This document shows positions 59,560 through 64,000 of a DNA stretch of 64,000 bases, piece after piece. The DNA is from a bacterium UBP8_UBA817 (GTDB lineage: Bacteria > Margulisbacteria > Marinamargulisbacteria > SXXA01 > SICP01): NCBI GenBank assembly GCA_945898045.1, contig CAMDGG010000002.1, positions 19,231 to 83,230 of the forward strand, given 5' to 3'. The position numbers were made by a program, and so were the translations under genes. Numbering within the stretch: position 1 is the stretch's first letter; the number at the start of each line of letters is the position of its first letter. The notes beneath the pieces are model-generated. The model saw only the letters and a program-made list of their open reading frames with translations. It ran no database searches and was not told the origin of the DNA.

Positions 59560-60849
59560 ATGACAACCCTAGAATGGACACCCGAACTACTCCAGATTTT
59601 AGAAATCATGGAAAAAACAAAAGAGTCTCTCTTTCTAACCGGCCGAGCAGGCACCGGAAAATCTACCCTACTCACACACTTTAGATCGCGAACCCAAAAA
59701 AAAGCAGTCGTCCTCGCTCCCACCGGTGTCGCCGCTTTAAATGTCAGAGGCGAAACCATCCATTCTTTTTTTAGATTTGGTACCACAGTGACTCCCGAAA
59801 GCGCATTAAAAGCCGCCTCAAAAATAAAAAAAACAGACCTCTACGAAGCCATAGAAACTCTCATCATCGATGAGATCTCAATGGTCCGCGCCGACCTCTT
59901 CGACTGCGTAGATATTTTTCTAAGAACCGTCTGCAAAACCTCAGAACCCTTTGGTGGCAAACAAGTTATCCTCATTGGCGATCTGATGCAACTCCCGCCC
60001 ATCATCACCCGAGACGAAAAAGATTATTTTGACGACTTATACGATACCCCCTACTTCTTCTCTTCTCACGTCATGAACAACCCCCTCTTTGACTGTAAAA
60101 AGATAGAAATGGAACGCGTATTTCGACAACAAGATCCCCTGTTTATCGAATGTCTCAATCATATTCGCAACAACACCCTCTCTCCACATAATCTGAAAGT
60201 CTTGAATCAAAAATGTTACAACCCCACCTTCAAATGGCAAGAAGGCTTCGTCTTCCTCACCACAACCAACCAAAAAGCAGAAACGTTTAATCAAAAAAAA
60301 CTAGATACTTTAGACGGACAAGCCTTCTCCCAACAAGCCAAACTATCCAAAGAATTTGAATCAAAATACGCCCCCGCAGAACTAGAAGTTCAGTTTAAAA
60401 TAGGCGCCCAAGTCATGTTTCTAAACAACGACAGCGGCTCACGCTGGGTAAACGGAAGCATCGGCACCATCTGCGCAATCGATCAGGACTCCGAAGTTTC
60501 CGTCATCGAAGTAGAACTCAAAACCGGCGCACATGTCTACGTCACACCACACACCTGGGAGCTCTATAAATATAAATTTGATACCGAGAAAAAAACCGTC
60601 GCACAAGAAAAAATCGGCGAATTCACCCAATATCCCCTCAAGCTCGCCTGGGCCATGACCATACACAAAAGCCAAGGGAAAACATTCGATAAAGTCATGA
60701 TCGACCTCTCCGCAGGCGCCTTCGCATCCGGGCAAACCTACGTCGCACTCAGTCGCTGCCGTAGCATAGAAGGACTCGTACTCACCTACCCATTAAAAGG
60801 GTCCCATATTTTTGTGGATGAACGGGTTAAGCAGTTTATAAACAGTTAA
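59560..60849 (+). CDS. PIF1-family SF1B DNA helicase
   Basis: TGRAGTGKS, APTGVAA, IIDEISM, GDLMQLPP, FRQ, AMTIHKSQG, YVALSR. Confidence 0.93.
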   Translation: MTTLEWTPELLQILEIMEKTKESLFLTGRAGTGKSTLLTHFRSRTQKKAVVLAPTGVAALNVRGETIHSFFRFGTTVTPESALKAASKIKKTDLYEAIETLIIDEISMVRADLFDCVDIFLRTVCKTSEPFGGKQVILIGDLMQLPPIITRDEKDYFDDLYDTPYFFSSHVMNNPLFDCKKIEMERVFRQQDPLFIECLNHIRNNTLSPHNLKVLNQKCYNPTFKWQEGFVFLTTTNQKAETFNQKKLDTLDGQAFSQQAKLSKEFESKYAPAELEVQFKIGAQVMFLNNDSGSRWVNGSIGTICAIDQDSEVSVIEVELKTGAHVYVTPHTWELYKYKFDTEKKTVAQEKIGEFTQYPLKLAWAMTIHKSQGKTFDKVMIDLSAGAFASGQTYVALSRCRSIEGLVLTYPLKGSHIFVDERVKQFINS

Positions 60850-60873
60850 AGCTAGGTCCAGCCAGGAACTAAA

Positions 60874-60991
60874 ACTACCCCGTCTCACCTTTGGTGATCC
60901 ACCCCTTCACAGAAGGGGAATTCAACAAACACGTATCTCCAAAAATTCCCCTCTAGTAGAGGGGTGGCACGAAGTGACGGGGTGTTATCTA
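60874..60991. repeat. REP-doublet element, copy 1
   Basis: CCCCGTC...CCCCTTCACAGAAGGGGAATT...AATTCCCCTCTAGTAGAGGGG...GACGGGG; direct repeat of 61417-61544. Confidence 0.9.
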
Positions 60992-60996
60992 AATCT

Positions 60997-61413
60997 CTAA
61001 CCAATCAACTCACTCTCCAAACGCTCCAAAACCCCAACTAAATTATTTTTCACATCCCTATCCAGCACATGAACAACTCTTAACCCCAACCCCTCCAAAT
61101 AAGCATCCCTTTCAGCATCATACTCTTGCTTATCATCATGACTCCCGCCATCAATTTCAATAATAACCCCCAAATTTTTACAATAAAAATCCACAATATA
61201 ATGACCAATTATTTTCTGCCTATCAAAATCTAGATTTAAAAACTGTTTGCTCTTAAGTTTGTTCCAAAGAATCACCTCGGATAAATTACCCACTTTCCGT
61301 AATTCTTTAGCCCTATCTCTCAAATTTGGATTAAATGGTAATTTATACCAAGCATTTACGCCTTCAGATTTGCTGTCCATATTTTGATTCGAAGAATTAA
61401 AACTTTCACGCAC
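60997..61413 (-). CDS. DUF559 (Vsr-like PD-(D/E)XK) endonuclease
   Basis: RAKELRK...SEVILW, FDRQKIIGHYIVDFYC, IEIDGGSH, DAERDAYL..LGLRV; alternative ATG at 61380. Confidence 0.92.
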   Translation of the reverse strand: MRESFNSSNQNMDSKSEGVNAWYKLPFNPNLRDRAKELRKVGNLSEVILWNKLKSKQFLNLDFDRQKIIGHYIVDFYCKNLGVIIEIDGGSHDDKQEYDAERDAYLEGLGLRVVHVLDRDVKNNLVGVLERLESELIG

Positions 61414-61416
61414 TTA

Positions 61417-61544
61417 ACCACCCCGTCTCACCTAGGCTAAAGCTACGGCGATCCACCCCTTCACAGAAGGGGAATTTAACAAACCCGAATCTCCAAAATT
61501 CCCCTCTAATAGAGGGGTGTCACAAAGTGACGGGGCGTTATCTA
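61417..61544. repeat. REP-doublet element, copy 2
   Basis: Near-identical to 60874-60991, with a longer first loop (AGGCTAAAGCTACGGCGA). Confidence 0.9.
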
Positions 61545-62357
61545 TCAAATCGCAATCGGAAATCGAATAAACGGATGCGGATCATACCCTTCCAAAGTAA
61601 AATCCTCGAATTCCAACTCAAAAAACGGCTTATTTGTAATTTTGACACTAGGCAAAGTTTTCTCTTCCCGCGTCAATTGTTCTTCCAATCCACCCAAATG
61701 CGTCTGATAAATATGAGCATCTCCCAGCGTATGAACAAAAAATCTTGGGATTAATCCACACTCCTGCGCCACCATCATGAGCAACAACGAATAACTCGCA
61801 ATATTAAACGGCACGCCCACCGCCACATCCGCCGAACGTTGATACAACTGCAAATCCAAATGACCATCCATCGTCACATAAAATTGAAAAAACGCATGAC
61901 ACGGAGGCAACGCCATCTGGTCAATATCCGCCACATTCCACGCACTCACAATAATCCGGCGCGAATGGGGATTGGTTTTAATCGTTTCAATGGCCTGTGC
62001 CAACTGATCAACATGCGTTTTGTGATAAGCCTGAGCCGACTCATCCCAAGTAAATTTATCCCATTTCCGCCACTGATAGCCATAGACCGGACCCAACTCG
62101 CCATCCGGACCAGCCCATGCGTCCCAAATGCCAGAATTAAGCCCGTCTTGCGTATTCGTAGCGCCCTTAATAAACCAAAGCAACTCGTACAACATACTCT
62201 TAAAATAAACTTTTTTTGTAGTTAAAAGAGGAAAGCCCGTCCGCAAATCATGACGCAGCTGGTACCCAAAAACAGACCGCGTTCCCGTCCCCGTCCGATC
62301 CACTTTATTTTCGCCATTTACCAAAATATGCCGAACCAAATCCATGTATGATTTCAT
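61545..62357 (-). CDS. thyA: Thymidylate synthase
   Basis: [55 protein letters not shown] 62357. Confidence 0.99.
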   Translation of the reverse strand: MKSYMDLVRHILVNGENKVDRTGTGTRSVFGYQLRHDLRTGFPLLTTKKVYFKSMLYELLWFIKGATNTQDGLNSGIWDAWAGPDGELGPVYGYQWRKWDKFTWDESAQAYHKTHVDQLAQAIETIKTNPHSRRIIVSAWNVADIDQMALPPCHAFFQFYVTMDGHLDLQLYQRSADVAVGVPFNIASYSLLLMMVAQECGLIPRFFVHTLGDAHIYQTHLGGLEEQLTREEKTLPSVKITNKPFFELEFEDFTLEGYDPHPFIRFPIAI

Positions 62358-62416
62358 AGAGAAAAACTCTAACATACCGCTTGACCTCATACCATAGCTT
62401 CTTTATCCTGGAACCA

Positions 62417-63757
62417 ATGAAACCAGCAAACCCCTACGCACAAATCTTTATAGATGACGGACTTGGATCCAAAGCAAAAGCCCGTTACAAAGCCAGACGC
62501 GATCATCTCGCAACACTCATAGGTCACCCCATTGTACTCACCGGAATCGAAAACGGTCCCGGACATCCCCATCACTGGGCCATGCTTTCCAGCTTCATCT
62601 TTCAAGAACCCCTCATGCTCTATCTCACCGGCATCAATCAAACCGGCATTGCGCTCGTCCTAGATCCACATACCAACGAAGAATTTTTATTCATCGACAA
62701 AAAAGATCCCAAAAAAGAATTTTGGGAAGGCCTTCGATTTGGTGTTGGCTCCGAAGAGAATGCCCTCGAAATAGAAACCCAAACCGGTTTTAAAAATAGC
62801 CTGCCGAGACGACAACTCTCTACCTTCCTAAAGCGTTATTTTCAAAATCCCCTCTTCACCTTTTGGAACGAATCTTCAGACGGCGAAACACTCAAAGACC
62901 ACCATTGGGATTTCAAAAAAAAGCTACGTCCATTCCATCCCTATAACATTGCCCCCATCTATCAACCCGATCGCATTTTACTAGACAACCAAGACGAAAA
63001 TAACCTCACGGTCGCCAATCAAAAAACAACCGAAAGCTTCTTAAATAGTCTACAAAACATGCACACTTTTAAAACAGAATCCGACGTCGCAGCCCACCTA
63101 CACTACCAACTCCTCAAACACAGCCACTTCGGACTCAGCTTCCCAAGCATCGTCGCATCAGGCAAAAACGCCACCGTCTTACATTACACCCGCAACACAG
63201 ACCCCCTCGACAAAACCCAGCTTCTCCTCCTTGATTTTGGTGCACGCTGGCAACAAATGCATGCAGACATCAGCCGAACTATCCCTCTATCCGGCACCTT
63301 CAATCCCCTCCAAAAAATACTCTATCAAATCGTTTTAGACGCCCAAGACGTCGTCGAGAAACTAGCTAAGCCCGGCATCACCATCAAGTCACTCAACGAA
63401 GCGTGCTGGACATTTATCAACCAAGAACTCAAAAAACTAATCACCCAAAAAGGTGGCAAAATCTCCCTCGCTTACAAAAAAGCGCCGCATAATGTCAGTC
63501 ATCTACTCGGCACCCAAGTCCACGACGGAGACCCCTTCCGAGAATACAGAGACACGCCCCTAGTCGCAGGAAATTGCATCACAAACGAACCCGGAATCTA
63601 CGGCCATTTCGCTATCACGCTCAACAAAAAATCCTACAACGAATACATCGGCATTCGCATCGAAGACAATCTCCTGATTACAAAAAACGGCTGCAAAAAC
63701 CTAAGTAAAGACTGTCCAAAAACAATCTCAGAAATCGAATCTCTTCTAAAGGGATAA
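62417..63757 (+). CDS. pepP: Xaa-Pro aminopeptidase (M24B)
   Basis: YLTG, IVASGKNATVLHY, LLDFG, ADISRT, HLLG..VHD, EPGIY, GIRIEDN; ATG 62417. Confidence 0.92.
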   Translation: MKPANPYAQIFIDDGLGSKAKARYKARRDHLATLIGHPIVLTGIENGPGHPHHWAMLSSFIFQEPLMLYLTGINQTGIALVLDPHTNEEFLFIDKKDPKKEFWEGLRFGVGSEENALEIETQTGFKNSLPRRQLSTFLKRYFQNPLFTFWNESSDGETLKDHHWDFKKKLRPFHPYNIAPIYQPDRILLDNQDENNLTVANQKTTESFLNSLQNMHTFKTESDVAAHLHYQLLKHSHFGLSFPSIVASGKNATVLHYTRNTDPLDKTQLLLLDFGARWQQMHADISRTIPLSGTFNPLQKILYQIVLDAQDVVEKLAKPGITIKSLNEACWTFINQELKKLITQKGGKISLAYKKAPHNVSHLLGTQVHDGDPFREYRDTPLVAGNCITNEPGIYGHFAITLNKKSYNEYIGIRIEDNLLITKNGCKNLSKDCPKTISEIESLLKG

Positions 63758-63758
63758 G

Positions 63759-63998
63759 CTATAGCGCAGTCTGCTTACCGTCGAATTTTTTCAATAATTC
63801 TTTAGGCACCATACGAACTATGGGTTTTGGTACAGGTGACGTCATCAAAGGATCTCCCAGTGCACTTTCAGCTGTTATTCTTCTGGAAACATCTTCAACC
63901 AACATATTTTCTATAAAGCCTTTAAATATAATCTCACTTGCCAGAAAGTCCTTACGCCTACCTTCCGTCAAAGATTTTATCAAGATCAAATGATCAGA
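63759..63998 (-). CDS. Partial hypothetical protein (5' end beyond the window)
   Basis: Frame is open to the window end; stop lies immediately after pepP. Confidence 0.45.
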   Translation of the reverse strand, partial: SDHLILIKSLTEGRRKDFLASEIIFKGFIENMLVEDVSRRITAESALGDPLMTSPVPKPIVRMVPKELLKKFDGKQTAL

Positions 63999-64000
63999 GT

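Noticed and set aside
60874..61544. CRISPR array or IS element
   Set aside because: Only two long palindromic repeats around a gene; no spacers, cas genes or DDE/HUH transposase.

Overview
A 64-kb chromosomal segment of a diderm bacterium. The mix of cyanobacterial-like, Firmicute-like, LPS, CsaB/TagA and PorV/FlgD-Ig genes suggests Margulisbacteria or a similar lineage; this is an inference only. The backbone is housekeeping: gap-pgk, lspA, aspartokinase, murA, dapF, pgi, hisH, uvrA, dnaB, tmRNA, queE, cca, leuCD, a FabZ-LpxA fusion, lpxB, tal, valS, folC-ftsL-ftsI, thyA and pepP. It is interrupted by many small accessory inserts: BrnTA, DUF6338 plus a short peptide, two AAA_14/DUF4143 ATPases, a RhuM'-SIR2-RhuM-BroN operon converging on tmRNA, a T1SS-like cassette, an FkbM methyltransferase, a TIR protein, RloA-RloB and a DUF559 nuclease. 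The most striking observations read from the DNA are these. (1) The Bro-N and RhuM genes each carry a perfect 12-1-12 intragenic palindrome in their N-terminal domain. (2) The DUF559 nuclease is sandwiched between two copies of a ~120-bp REP-doublet element, with related elements elsewhere in the window. (3) Several accessory genes are bounded by duplicated flanking sequence with no integrase in view. (4) Many genes have leaderless promoter geometry, including a probable ATT start. (5) The tmRNA appears to resume on AAC and encode a 20-aa tag. No CRISPR array, rRNA, tRNA, integrase or transposase was seen.
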